The notes under the pieces are model-generated. The model made no database searches, had not been told where the DNA came from, and saw nothing but the letters and a program-made list of their open reading frames with translations. DNA of 63,919 nucleotides, from NCBI GenBank assembly GCA_964016885.1, contig OZ024746.1, positions 91,264,082 through 91,328,000 of the forward strand, read 5' to 3'. Below are positions 12,667 through 25,764 of the stretch, in pieces. This DNA comes from Eledone cirrhosa (lineage: Eukaryota). Every line of letters starts with the position of its first letter. Position 1 is the first letter of the stretch. The position numbers and the translations under genes were made by a program.

Positions 12667-13004
12667 TTAAACTTTTAATTACCATATTTCTAATAAAATA
12701 CACCACCTCTATGTTCCAATTCAGAAAATATCCAATACGTTTAAGTTAATATAGAATGTTGCTTAAGAAATATTTCTAAAATAAAATCATGGAAGGTTTT
12801 AATATAAGATGTGTGCCTTAATGGGCAATTTTTGTATGAAGAATCCCCGGGGGGTTCCAGGTGGTTTGGTATCAAATTGCTCCCCCCCACATAAAAACTG
12901 TTAAATTCACTTTACATTTATTTATCATATATTTCTTGAAAACAATGCATCAACAATTTTGACACCAAACATAAATATAATATAAATGTAAAGAGAATTT
13001 AAGT

Positions 13005-13191
13005 TTGTTGTTGTTGTTGTTGTGGTTGTGGTTGTTGTTGTTGTCGTTGTCGTCGTTGTCATTGTTGTTGTTGTCCTTGTCGTCGTCGTCGTCGTTGTTG
13101 TTGTTGTCGTTGTTGTCCTTGTCCTTGTCCTCGTCGTCGTTGTTGTTGTTGTCGTCGTTGTTGTTGTTGCCATCGTTGTTGTTGTTGTTGT
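13005..13191. repeat. (TTG/TCG)n trinucleotide microsatellite
   Basis: Seen directly. Confidence 0.95.
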
Positions 13192-13404
13192 CTGACTCTT
13201 CCATGATGTATTTACTTAAGTTTCAAAACATCTCAGATAAAGTGATTTACCAGACAACTACAGCCCCAGCATCCTACCGTTTCTGATCTTTCAATTTTAC
13301 AGAAACATTTAACATATTCTTTTTCCTAATGGCTTCGGCTTGCTGAAATTCTAGTAAACTGTCATGTGGGTTGTTTTAAGTGTTTTATTTATTAAATTTT
13401 GCAG

Positions 13405-13447
13405 GTTTTCATGCTGTGATAGATTCTTTATCTGTCGCGTTGGGATG
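13405..13447 (+). other. candidate 43-nt internal exon of a host gene
   Basis: T-rich tract ending TTTTGCAG|, then |GTGAGG donor; non-repetitive; one open frame reads xFHAVIDSLSVALGx; no homology support. Confidence 0.3.
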
Positions 13448-13697
13448 GTGAGGTTTTGGGGAGGTTTTTTTTATTGGTTCCGACATGGAACAAATCTCTG
13501 ATTAAAGCTGTTCCCGTCATGACTATCACATCTTTTTGGTTTTTGTTTTTCACATATATTGTATCTAGAACTAGATTATTCAATGTCTTTTTAAGATGTT
13601 AGGAAGTAGTTTAAGGGGAGATTTGGCTACTGTTTCTAGCCATTTGAGTGACCAAGATCACACAGAGACTTCCTTCCTTGTGTTATTTAACACCTTA

Positions 13698-13890
13698 AGG
13701 GCAGTGGATTGGCAGTATCGGTAGAGGGTCAGACACCATGCTTCGCAGCAAAGAGTTACGGCCCTTTATGGTCTGAGTTCAAATCCCGCCGAGGTTAACT
13801 TTGCCTTTCATCCTTATGGGGTCGATAAAATAAAGTACCAGTAATACACTGGGATAATTGCTGGCCTTGTGCCAAAAGTAGAAACAGTTA
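13698..13890 (+). mobile_element. SINE family A, full length with TSD
   Basis: 16-bp direct repeat GTTATTTAACACCTTA at 13682-13697 and 13887-13902. Confidence 0.93.
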
Positions 13891-13998
13891 TTTAACACCT
13901 TATCAGTTCTGACATTGTTAAAGCTATGATTAAAGTTGCTCCAACCATGACAATCCTGTCTTCTTTTTCTTCAAACACATTGTATCTAAGACTATACA

Positions 13999-14193
13999 CA
14001 AGGGTCGGCTAAAAAGTTCCTAGGCTGACTATGAAGGAGTGATGCTAGAGCTGTGAAATCTTACATGCATTAATTTCAACTCTTATTAATAACTGCATTA
14101 TTTCTTTCCAAGGGCTATGTTGAAAAATAAACCTCATTTGGTCATTCTATGAGAGTATCTCGGTCAGCTTATGAACTTTTCAGCCGACCCTTG
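13999..14193 (+). mobile_element. mariner-like MITE
   Basis: ~30-bp TIR CAAGGGTCGGCTAAAAAGTTCCTAGGCTGAC / GTCAGCTTATGAACTTTTCAGCCGACCCTTG then TA; interrupts another repeat. Confidence 0.85.
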
Positions 14194-14359
14194 TATCTTC
14201 TTCCATTTTTAAATGGTAGGGAGTGATTTTAGGGAGATTTTGTTGCTATCTCTAGCAAGTTGAATGACCAACCCACATAGCAGCTCCTTCATTCTTTGGC
14301 TCATTGTTTGTTTTTCCAACTGTCCCAGTGCTAGCTACTCTACACTAAAGTAAGAGTGG

Positions 14360-14680
14360 AACTTGTGTGTTTTCAGGCAAACTGCAACTTTTTTATAGTA
14401 GAGAAATACTCAGTCCTGAGTTTTCCTCGGACCTGAAGGTTCATCAGACCAGTGCTTATCGGCGTTAAGTGACAGAGTACAAGACTCACCCCTGGGCAGG
14501 GCGCAGGGTTAAACTCCCAGCTATTGCTGCTGCTACTCATTTTCAACTGAGTACACTGGAGCAACATGAAATGAAGTGTCTTGCTCAAGAACACAACACA
14601 CAACCCAATCCAAGAATCGAATCCATGACATTATGATCATAAGTCCAACACTCTTACAACTAGGCCATGCACCTCCACAA
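14360..14680 (-). mobile_element. CORE-type SINE
   Basis: AAGTGTCTTGCTCAAGAACACAACAC (reverse CORE) next to a degenerate tRNA-like head. Confidence 0.55.
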
Positions 14681-15537
14681 TTGTGGGTAGAAAGAATAAA
14701 ATTTAACTTTTAATGTCCTGTACCACATGGCACCACATTAGCAAGACAATCAAGTACAAAACAGCACTATGACTGCATCACATCCTAATCACCATTTAAT
14801 GTCCATTTTTCCAACAGCCTTACCACTAGGCCACGTACTTCCACTAGTAGAGAAATATACAGTTTATTAATTCAATACAATATACAACAGTCAGGGCTTT
14901 TACACCATAATACTCTGAAGAAGTGAACACCTATTTTACAATATAATAAAATGTTAGTAAATATATTCCACATGGCACCACCATAAATGAAACTTAGGGG
15001 TCATGGGCAGACAGGATAAGTATGTGCCTTGTTGAGAGGTACAATACAATAACTAGTAATAGTTACAGTAAGGTTTGAAGTTTAACTTGTAGTCTAGGTC
15101 CTTCACAACTCACAGCTGTTTTCCTCGCCATTTCAAAGACAACTCAATAAAGTAATAAATAAATAATTAAATGGAACATTTTGATAAACATGAACCAAAA
15201 TAAAGCAGTTTAAAAGTTTAATGAATATCTTATTTTAAGAACTGACTTAAGCAAAAATTGAGATCTTGATTAGTTTTGTCTAAACTCTATCTCAACATTA
15301 TCTTGATAAGAGAAAATGTGCTCAACATTTCTATGGCTGGGGATAGGGTTGAATTGAGGTGCCTTGGTGTAATATAGTGTTTTGATATTCTTTTAACTGT
15401 ACTTGGCATTTCTTTAAGGTCTATTTTCAACAGATGTTAGATTGACATTGCCTTCAGCTGAGAGAATACTTTGCATTCAATTGATATACAATTGTACATA
15501 CATACACAAATGTATAAGCACACACACGCATACGCAC

Positions 15538-15589
<52 letters not shown>

Positions 15590-15635
15590 TCACATATATT
15601 ATATATATATATAAATACACACACACACACGTGTG

Positions 15636-15671
<36 letters not shown>

Positions 15672-15942
15672 TATGTATATATACAAACACACACATACAC
15701 ACACACTTGTCTGAACTTGAAGTATATTTACATAAGTACACATGCATATACACATACTTCATGCAGATGTGATCATATGAACATATGTTCAACTCTATAT
15801 ACACGTGTCTACATCCTGTAAAAAAAACACCCATTGCCAGAAATATAAAGTCATTGTTCTGCTGTTTAGCTTAGCACCAACACTTGTGGATTGGAACAAT
15901 AGAATCAGAATAAAGGTTATACATACATATATACATATATAC

Positions 15943-16160
15943 CATCATCATCATTGTTTAACCTCTATCTTCCACGCTAGCATGGGTTAGACGGGTTTGT
16001 CCCATTTAAAGGCAAGTTGTGTTGGGTGACCGTATCACACTCATATAGGAGAGTTTCTGTATGATTCTCTACGGCTGGATGCCCTCCCTAACACCAACCA
16101 CATTGACAGTGTGGGCTGGGTGCTTTTTGTCATGTCACAACCTGACCACTTTACAGTGGA
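15943..16160 (-). mobile_element. RTE-3'UTR/SINE tail copy
   Basis: (CAT)n-...CCACGCTAGCATGGG tail and GGCTGGATGCCCTCCCTAACACCAACC block. Confidence 0.75.
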
Positions 16161-16241
16161 AGTTTTGTGGAACCAGCATAACATACACACACACACATAT
16201 ATATATGTATACACACATACACATATGGTGTGTGTGTGTGT

Positions 16242-16279
<38 letters not shown>

Positions 16280-16284
<5 letters not shown>

Positions 16285-16570
16285 TCATCATCGTTTTACG
16301 ACTGTTCTTCCACGCTAGCATGGGTTAGTGTCCGGTCGGCTGACCTTGTCTTGCCCATACAGGAACTGATTCTGGCTTAATTTCTACAGCTGGATGCCCT
16401 TCCTAACACCAACCTCATTTACAGTGAGTGCTGGGTGCTTTTTGCCATGGCGCCTCCACGACCACTTTGCAGTGGAATGATAGGGACCCCAGTCCCTATC
16501 ATCTCATTTCTACAGCTGAGTTAACTGGAGCAATGTGAAATAAAGTGTCTTGCTTAAGGAAACAACACAT
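16280..16570 (-). mobile_element. CORE-type SINE with RTE-type tail
   Basis: CORE block at about 16540-16570, GATAGGGAC hairpin, GGATGCCCTTCCTAAC block, (CAT)n tail. Confidence 0.75.
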
Positions 16571-16644
16571 ATATATATATACACACATTGTCTATATATA
16601 CATATCTGTGTGTATATATACATCATCATCACCTCCGTCTTACA

Positions 16645-16840
16645 GGCAGTGGATTGGCAGTATCAGTAGAGCGTTGGACACCATGTTTTGCAGCACAGAG
16701 TTACAACCCCTTACGGCCTGAGTTCAAATCCCACCGAGGTTTACTTTGCCTTTCACCCTTACGGGGTTGATAAAATAAAGTACCAGTCACGCACTGGGGT
16801 AATTGCTGGCCTTGTGCCAAAAGTAGAAACAATTATTATT
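16645..16840 (+). mobile_element. SINE family A copy
   Basis: Full head to tail with (ATT)n. Confidence 0.9.
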
Positions 16841-16844
16841 ATAA

Positions 16845-17400
16845 TTTTTCTTTGAGTTTCAGTCATTGATGGTATTTAACTGGAAAGTTTGTTTAAATGA
16901 ACATCAAGCTGCTACCTGCAGCCTCAGATATTCAGGACGTATCAGAAGGTTCTTGCTGGCCCCAGCAACCATGCCTTTTGAAGTGTTCCAAAAAGGGGCT
17001 CAACTAATGTTCTTTAACCATCCTTGAAAACTCTTCAAGATAGTACCTAGTGCTCCTATGACAATCGGGACGACCTTGATTTCATGGCAGTTCCAAATCC
17101 CTTTTAACTCCCACTTTAAATCTTGGTATCGGTTAATTTTCTCCTTCTTTTCTTGCACTCTCGTGTCAAAGGGGCAGGCGACATCTACAATCAGGCACGA
17201 TCTTTTTCCTTTGTCAAAAACTAGCAGATCAGGCCTATTATGTTGTCTGTATCGTGAAAACCCATAGCACCTTCACTCAATTGTGTTCTATCACTGACTC
17301 TGGCTTATACTCATGCCACTTCTCAGAATCTAGTAAATTATTTAGTTTACATAAATGACAGTGAATTCCTTGTTATTATTAGTGTGCCTTGGATTTCCAG
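16845..17400 (-). pseudogene. R4/Dong-like non-LTR retrotransposon 3' fragment (restriction-like endonuclease domain)
   Basis: Minus-strand translation KWHEYKPESV...HNRPDLLVFDKGKRSCLIVDVACPFDTRV..KINRYQDLKWELKGIW..VVPIVIGALG, a PD-(D/E)xK RLE signature; stops and frameshifts present. Confidence 0.8.
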
Positions 17401-17672
17401 AATTGTTGGAGGGAACTAATGTTTTGCAGCATTTATTCCAGGTCTTCACATTAAATTTTTTTCTGTTGAAAATATTTAATATTTAATATTTTCTGTTGAA
17501 AATATTTAATATTTAATGTTTTCTGTTGAAAATATTTAATATTTAATCAATAAAAAATGTCTGCAAAAACTGTTAAACTGTTTCCTATAAATATTAATTT
17601 TGTGACCAGTGTGACATATCTCCTACCAAACTCTGGTAACCATCATTTATCCATTTCATTGCCATATTTTAA

Positions 17673-17865
17673 CCCTTTAGTATTTACATTACTCTATATT
17701 CACTATTGTATTTTTGTGGTAGACTTTACCCCACATAATATCACATCTATGAGATTTTGATATTTATTTTGAGAACAATACCTTAACATTAGTATGAGTG
17801 GCTGGTTACAGCTGGTTTGAACAGGAAGAGGTGAGAGAACTCTGGCCGGTTTAACTGCTAATGGG
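17673..17865 (+). mobile_element. piggyBac-like MITE family C
   Basis: TTAA|CCCTTTAG start; degenerate right TIR. Confidence 0.8.
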
Positions 17866-18143
17866 TTGATAAAAGACACTGACTGATTTTCAAATAATTT
17901 TGAAAATTCTCAATTTGGAGGATTTAGTAACAATTTTGTTGTTAATCTTCAAACATGTGTTGTACCTGTAAAAGTAAGGTCCAGAGTTGTACCTGTAAAG
18001 GTAAAGCCCAGTGTTGTACCTGTAAAGGTAAGGCCCAGCCTCCAAGCTTTTCTTGTAAATCAAAGGTCCTGTCATATACTAAGTTGTGCTGATTTTACCT
18101 GAGTATTATATAAGGGCACACATGTCTGTAGAGTTGTCAGCTA

Positions 18144-18175
18144 CCTAACCCTAACCCTAACCCTAACCCTAACCC
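18144..18175 (-). repeat. interstitial (TTAGGG)~5
   Basis: CCTAACCCTAACCCTAACCCTAACCCTAACCC. Confidence 0.85.
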
Positions 18176-18199
18176 ATTTAATGAGCAGATAGTTCTGGT

Positions 18200-18435
18200 G
18201 GAGTACTCTCCTCTCCATGTCTAAATACAGCGAAGGATAGAAAGTGAGAGAGAGGAAGTGAGAAAGAGATATAGAGGAGGAAGAATCGACCCCAGTACTT
18301 GACTGGTACTTTTTTTTATCGACCTTGAAAGGATGAAAGGCAAAGCTGACTTCAGTGGGATTTGAACTCAGAGAATAGATCTGGAAGGAATACCACAAAT
18401 CACTCAATCTGATGTTCAAACAACTCTGCCAGTTC
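18200..18435 (-). mobile_element. SINE family B (head and central domain of family A, different CT-rich tail)
   Basis: Reverse B box GGATTTGAACTCAG and GGATGAAAGGCAAAG; tail matches the copies at 20905, 52407, about 59600 and 60140. Confidence 0.75.
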
Positions 18436-19343
18436 ACTGTTAAATAACTATTCATCGCCTAAACTGACTGAGGTCCATTTATTTCATTATGTATTTAATC
18501 TCTTTGTGTTCCTCCTTTTTTTTTCAAGACATCTCATTTACATATAATATGTAAATTGATTGAGAATTTCAATTTTTGTTTGTTTTGTATTAATAGCCAG
18601 GGCATAAAAAAAGTAGATTTTACTAAAGACTGAAATGTTTATTTTCTTAAATGCTGCAACCATAAAAGACTTGTTTGTTTAAAACTAAAATGTTTTGTTG
18701 ACCGTGGAAAATGTTTATTATATTCATTAATAATGCTTGGCTCACTTATTCTCTTGTATAATCAGTTTTCTTTACACTAACTTTTACATTCTTCAAGTCA
18801 TTTACTACTCTTAATCAGTATACCCCCCTCCCGCCAACACATACACAACATACACACACACACCCAACACACACACCCAACACACATACCCAAAACACAC
18901 ACACACACCCAACACACATACCCAAAACACACACACACACCCAACACACACACCCAAAACACACAAACCCAACACACATACACACACCAAAACAAAAAAA
19001 TGACAACAACAACCACAACATTGATTTATAACAAACTAATCTTATTTTATGTTGAAAGCTGTAACTAATTTCAAACTGTTAGTGTTTATCAACAGTTTAA
19101 GTTTGGCTTTAAGCTGAATATCTAATTTAATTCAGTCTTAAAAGTTTGCTACCATAAAGTTTAACTCATAAATGTCAAAACAGCAAAAGGAGTTTTCTAT
19201 GCAAATAATTTCAATTGTTTAATGTAGCAATGAAATCTCATTTAACAATTAACATTACATCATATGTAAATAGTTAAGCACATATTTTAAACTATTGAAT
19301 CTTTTAACCACCGAGGGTACATCTGGTTGTCTGAGTTGACATA

Positions 19344-19620
19344 CTTCTTCTTCGTCCTCTTATTCCTGGGAGGGTTGTGGGGGGAAGAGTCCCCAAACAC
19401 TCCCTCTAGCTGGTCCTGTCAGAAGCAACCGTTTCCAACTGATACAGTTGGATCCCCAAACAAGACCAGCCAAGCTCATGGATGTTACCCAACCATCTTG
19501 CTCGGGGTCTATCCCTGGGTCTCCTGCCGTTTGGTTTTGCCAGTAAAATCTGTCCAGTGATTCTTTCCTGAGATGTTCTAACCACATGTCTGTAGTATTG
19601 GAGCTGTGATCTCTCAATTC
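19344..19620 (-). mobile_element. RTE-clade LINE 3' end, (GAA)n-tailed family
   Basis: Minus-strand translation ERSQLQYYRHVVR...GRRPRDRPRARW; also at 25136-25410 (+) and 11630-11768 (-). Confidence 0.75.
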
Positions 19621-20079
19621 AGAGAAGCAGCAGCTTGTGTGTGATATACTTGTGTGTGTGTATGTGATACATGTGTGTGTGTATATACATGTGTGTGTGT
19701 GTGTGTGTGTGTGTGATATACATGTGTGTGTATATATAAGTGTTTAAATGCAAATATATGAGTGGTTCTGTTGTGTGCTTCTAAAGTAATCTGTAGCGTG
19801 TTGCCTAGAATATCAATCTGGTTGAAGTTGAAATGAAGACTGCTTAAATGGTTATAATGTTGACTTTTCCAACTTTTAAGACATCAATTTAAATCCACTG
19901 CAAATGTCTTGTTGCTTCCGTTGTATATATCTTTTAAATATTTTTTTAATAATTTAACCTTTTTGACACCAAACTCTCTAAAATAAACTGTTTTTTTTTT
20001 AATCAAAGAACCGGGTGATTTCAAAGAGTTTATTTATATATATATATATATATATATAAAAAAGTGCCTTCCATCATAA

Positions 20080-20493
20080 CCCTTTGGCATTTAAACCAGC
20101 TGTATCCGGTCTGAATCCTTTTACTTCTTTCTGTCCAAAATGGTCGTAGCCTGCCGCTCATACTGACGTTAAGGTATTGTTCTCAAGATAAATAATATCA
20201 AAATCTCATAGATTCGATATGTGTGATTTTTCTGTGAAAATACAATAGTATATATAGAGTAATGTAAATGTTATGTGAGATATTATGTGAGGTAAACCTT
20301 TACTGTGAAAATACAATAGTATATATAGAGTAATGTAAATGTTATGTGAGATATTATATGAGGTAAAGCCTTTACTGTGAAAATACAATAGTATATATAG
20401 AGTAATGTAAATGTTATGTGAGTTATTATGTGAGGTAAAGCCTTTACTGTGAAAACACAATAGTATATATAGAGTAATGTAAACGCTAAAGAG
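20080..20493 (-). mobile_element. MITE family C with ~4 72-bp units, nested in a family D copy (about 19955-20630)
   Basis: TAA|CCCTTT start and GAG|TTAA end; both flanks match family D. Confidence 0.8.
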
Positions 20494-20904
20494 TTAATAT
20501 TATGTAAGAACTGTTAAGTTATACATCAAACACCAGCTTAGTGATGAGAAAGTTATTTTACTAAATCACCCCAAATTCTTGATTATTTAAATCCATGAGA
20601 AATATAGTAATGAAACAAGGAATGGTAGTACACAAGAAACTTTTTCCAGGTCTTTGAGACTGGTGGGAAGAAATTATGCTCAGATTGAATATTTAGTTTG
20701 AATGCTTAAACTAGTTGACAAATTTCCTTCACAATAGGCTGAGTCTATGGCAGACATCACCTAATGTGCCATTTGATGGAATTGAGCTCTGAGTCATATA
20801 CCAGAAAAATAAACTGCTTAACATCGCAGCAGCATGCATGGTTCTATATGCTTCAGTTTCCCTAGCTAATATAGGCAGCAAATTGACAGTCATGACATTG
20901 AATA

Positions 20905-21160
20905 GAATGCTTTGCACTATTTGTTACAGCTCTCTACATTCTGAGTTCAAGTTTTCATCCTTTTTAAGGTCAATAAAAAAAGTACCAAACCAATACTAGG
21001 ATCATTTCTTCCTCAATATTTGTTCTCATTTCTTCTCTCTATTACTCTTTCTTTCCTTCTCTAGAAGAAATAGGTTGTGTTCAGACCTGGAGAGGGCTCT
21101 GCAAGTTTTTTAAAATGTCCATAAAATGCTGTATGGCACTACAGCATCCCTATGACTCCA
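20905..21160 (+). mobile_element. SINE family B (degenerate)
   Basis: CTGAGTTCAAG, AAAAAGTACC, GAAGAAAT..TCAGACCTGGAGAGGGCTCTG. Confidence 0.65.
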
Positions 21161-21697
21161 CATTCTTAGCTAATGGCAATAGATACCTGATCGTTAGGAA
21201 CCAGTTACCCAAGATAAATTGTCATCATGTTCAATAGGAAGTCTTTTATCTGTATAACACCAAAATACTAGAGCAGAGGAACTTTAAAACTCCTCAACTT
21301 CAGGAGATATTTACATTCATGATGTTCAAAGGAATTGCTGACCGTGTGGTTAAAATGTTTGTTTTGCAACTATTTGATATAAGGGTCAATCCTATTGCCC
21401 AATATCTTGGACAAGACATCTCCTACCATAGGTTTTAGTCAACCAAAATATTGTGAGTGAAAATTTGTAAATGAAAACTGTATGGAAAGTTGTGAAGCTT
21501 GGCAGGTGTGGAGGGGTCTATTCCAGTTGTTGGGTATCAGACTTAATTCTTCACATCACTACCTGATCCTTTAGATCAGGCCAGGTCTCCAATCTATGTG
21601 TTCTTTGTTTCCTCTACCTGTCACAGAGACCCTGAGAAAGTTTCATGTCTGCTGTCTTTCCTCCTTTCTTTAAAAAGCAAAAAATATATTAAAACAC

Positions 21698-21732
<35 letters not shown>

Positions 21733-22205
21733 ACACACACTCACACTCACACTCTCTCTCTCTGCCAGAATCAACACATTTGCAGTGAATTTAACTTGAG
21801 GTTTTCAACACTATATCCGTTTAACGATTCTTCATTTCAGCCTCATGGGAATGATGCTCTACTGAGTTGCTAAGCTGAAGTTCAACCTACTTCTAAAGCG
21901 CACATGCAACATCACTGAAAATATATTTGCATCTAAAAACTTTGTTCAGCAGGGATTTCAAAATGAATTTTAATATCAAAGAGGGAAAATGTTTGAAGCT
22001 CATAATTGTTTCAAATAACTTCATATTGGCACTGCTTTATCCATAGTGAAAACACTTAACCCCTACTGGCTCTGTCCACCTAGCTGTTGATAGCTACCAG
22101 GGGAGGGTTAAGTTTACTACTTAGCAGAGGCAGTAGCAACACTGTATAAAATGACAAATGTATATTTTAGTTTGTAGTTTAGGTCCTTATTTGGGTTATT
22201 TCAGT

Positions 22206-22475
22206 TAGAGATACTCTCTGTTATTAGAGATAGAGATAGTCTCTCTAAACATTGAGGTACTCTCTGTTATTAGAGATGGAGATAGTCTCTCTAAACATTG
22301 ATGTACTCTCTGTTATTAGAGATGGAGATAGTCTCTCTAAACATTGATGTACTCTCTGTTATTAGAGATACTCTCTATTATTAGAGATGGAGATATTCTC
22401 TCTAAACATTGAAGTACTCTCTGTTATTAGAGATACTCTCTATTGTTAGAGATAGAGATGCTCTCTCTAAACATC
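22206..22475. repeat. ~47-bp degenerate minisatellite (TACTCTCTGTTATTAGAGATGGAGATAGTCTCTCTAAACATTGA)
   Basis: About 5 imperfect tandem units. Confidence 0.85.
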
Positions 22476-23116
22476 CTAGGTTGTCCTCAGAAACTTGTAC
22501 ATTAATGGTTCCCTTAAGAGTTGTAGGCAGAAGAACTATCTCACCTAATCAATACATTAGCTGATAGTTTTGTTTTAAAGGAATGTGTATTTCTTTAGAA
22601 ATCCTTATATTCCCAATGTGGTTTCTATCTCATTTAAATTCTTTGTCCACCAACAAATAAAGGTGAAGTAAAAAGTGAAAACAAATGTAAAAGCCAGAAA
22701 ACTGAAATGAAAGTACTTGACTATTTCCAAGTATTTGTTATCTTTCATGTTCTCTGTTGCAGTCATTGATATGTACAAACAACATATTACCATTATTATA
22801 TAGATTATATTTTCATGTCTTTTATCTTCTATCCAAGTCCTCAGCCTAACCAATGCCACTTGGAAGCTGAAATAGTTTTACATATTGTTTTTATTAGTTT
22901 TCTAAAGCACTCCCACCATCTCCACCACCTCTGCAATTTTAGTTGTTGTTATTGTTTCTGTTGTTGTTGTTACTCTTGTTGTTGCTCTTGTTGTTTCTGT
23001 TGTTGTTGTTGTTTCAACTGACAAATTCTTGACAGTTTCAATTGTTAAGTTTGTTGATTTTTCATGTTATTCCTGAGAGTTGTGCTGAACACTGAAAACA
23101 GGGCCTTATTTATTAC

Positions 23117-23658
<542 letters not shown>

Positions 23659-23889
23659 GTGTGTTTCATTTCAGCTACTCTATACAGCTACTTGTTTTGT
23701 GAGTATTGGTGTGAAGATGTTTTTACCTAACACATACACACATATATTTACACACACACATATGTACATACACACTCAAACACATACATACATACACACA
23801 TGTATACATATAAGAACAATAACAAAAATAAACAGGAATTAAGTGACTTAACTTTTGTTGGTATGTAAGAGAAATAATAAGTTTGTAAT

Positions 23890-24120
23890 TGACAGAGAGA
23901 GACATCGTTGTAAGACCTTATTAAGTAGTTTTGAGAGAGAGAGATATCATTGTAACACCCTATTAAGTAGTTTTGAGAGAGACATGTCATTGTAAAACCC
24001 TATTAAGTAGTTTTGAGAGAGACCTTATTGTAAGGTCTCTCTATTAAGTAGTTTTGAGAGAGACCTTATTGTAAGGTCTCTCTATTAAGTAGTTTTAAGT
24101 AGTTTTAAGTAGTTTTAAAT
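23890..24120. repeat. ~40-bp degenerate minisatellite (CTATTAAGTAGTTTTGAGAGAGAC..ATTGTAA)
   Basis: About 5 units. Confidence 0.8.
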
Positions 24121-25135
24121 GAATCTAACATGACTCGACCAAAAGCCACGTCCATGATGCTCATGTTTAAGTATCAAGTGGTGGAATTACTTGAAATCGA
24201 GTTGCAGCCATCATCATGTATGTATATATATATATATATATGTGTGTGTGTATATATATATATGTATGTATGTTCTTTATAAGTTTGTCACTGAACTATG
24301 GCTATGCTGGAGCAGTGCTTTAAGGGGTTTAAGTTCAAAGATACTAACATGAAGGCCATAAAGCCAAATAATTGTGACAATATTTGAACCAAAAACAAAA
24401 TGGAGGCTTCAAGGTATCTCTATACTTGATATTAAAGCTTTGTTTCACTATGTAAGGCAGGTATAATGGAGATTTATTAAATCACATCTTATCAGTATTT
24501 TGGGGCATTCTCTAGAATATTCTTTATCTAGTTGGCAACAGTGTAATAACAGATGGAAGAAACCTGACTGAATTAGGATTATCTGACAACATTAACCCTT
24601 TCATTACCCTCTTGCTAATAAGGTATACTTTTGTACTAGAATTATTCTACATACTCAAATATAAGCTGATACAAATATAAGCCAACCCCACTATTTTATG
24701 CATGAGAGATGGGCAAAAATCTAAGCCTTATTTATGTAGAATTTGAAGTTAGTGAAAATCGTCCAAATTTGACCCGAAATATACCCCCCCCCCCCCCCCA
24801 ACACACACACACACTCGATTTTCTTTATTTCTTTCTTTATTTTTTTTTTGTCTCATATTCTTATATTCAAGAATTTGGAGAGATTTACTAAAATATGATT
24901 TCAATTATTAAGATGGTATTTCTAACATAAAAGGTTTTTTATACAAAATTATTTCGGAAAATTTTCGTTTAAAATGGATGGTTTTGCTCAATAGCAGTAG
25001 AGGCAAGTTTTGAGCAGGTTGGCATTAAAAGTGTTATCTTAGTTATTACTAACACTGTCAACACCAAAAGACAGCATCACATGTATTGTTGGCAGCTAAT
25101 TCTCACTAAGACTTTTATTCTTTTGTTTGTGTAAA

Positions 25136-25410
25136 TTCATCGAAAGATCACAGCTCCGATACTAGGGGCATGTGGTTAGACTGTCTCAGAAAAGAATCTC
25201 TGGACAGATTTTACGGGCAAAACAAACCAGCAGGGGACCCAGGGGTAGACCCTGAGGGAGATGATCAGATAACATCCCTGAGCTTGGCTGGTCATGCTTG
25301 GGGATCCAGCTGGATCAGTTGGAGATGGTTGTTTCTGGCAGGATCCGTTGGAAGGAGTGTTTGAGGTCTCTGCTCCCATGATCATCTTAGGAATATGTGG
25401 GCAAAGAAGT
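25136..25410 (+). mobile_element. RTE-clade LINE 3' end, (GAA)n-tailed family
   Basis: Reverse-complement homolog of 19344-19620. Confidence 0.75.
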
Positions 25411-25428
25411 AGTAAATTCATCATCGCT

Positions 25429-25614
25429 GGTGGATTGGCAGTATCGGTAGAGGGTCGGACGCTATGCTTTCCAGCATAGTTATGTCCCTTTACGATCTGA
25501 GTTCAAATCCTGCCAAGGTTGACTTTGCCTTTCATCCTTACGAGGTCGATAAAATAAAGTACCAGTAATGTACTGGGTAATTGCTGGCCTTGTGCCAAAA
25601 GTAGAAACAATTAT
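25429..25614 (+). mobile_element. SINE family A copy
   Basis: Full head to tail. Confidence 0.9.
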
Positions 25615-25676
25615 TTTTTATGTCCATTATCTCATTCCAATGTGAGTTAAAGTTATGGCCCTTATAATGCCTATTT

Positions 25677-25753
<77 letters not shown>

Positions 25754-25764
25754 ATATATATATA

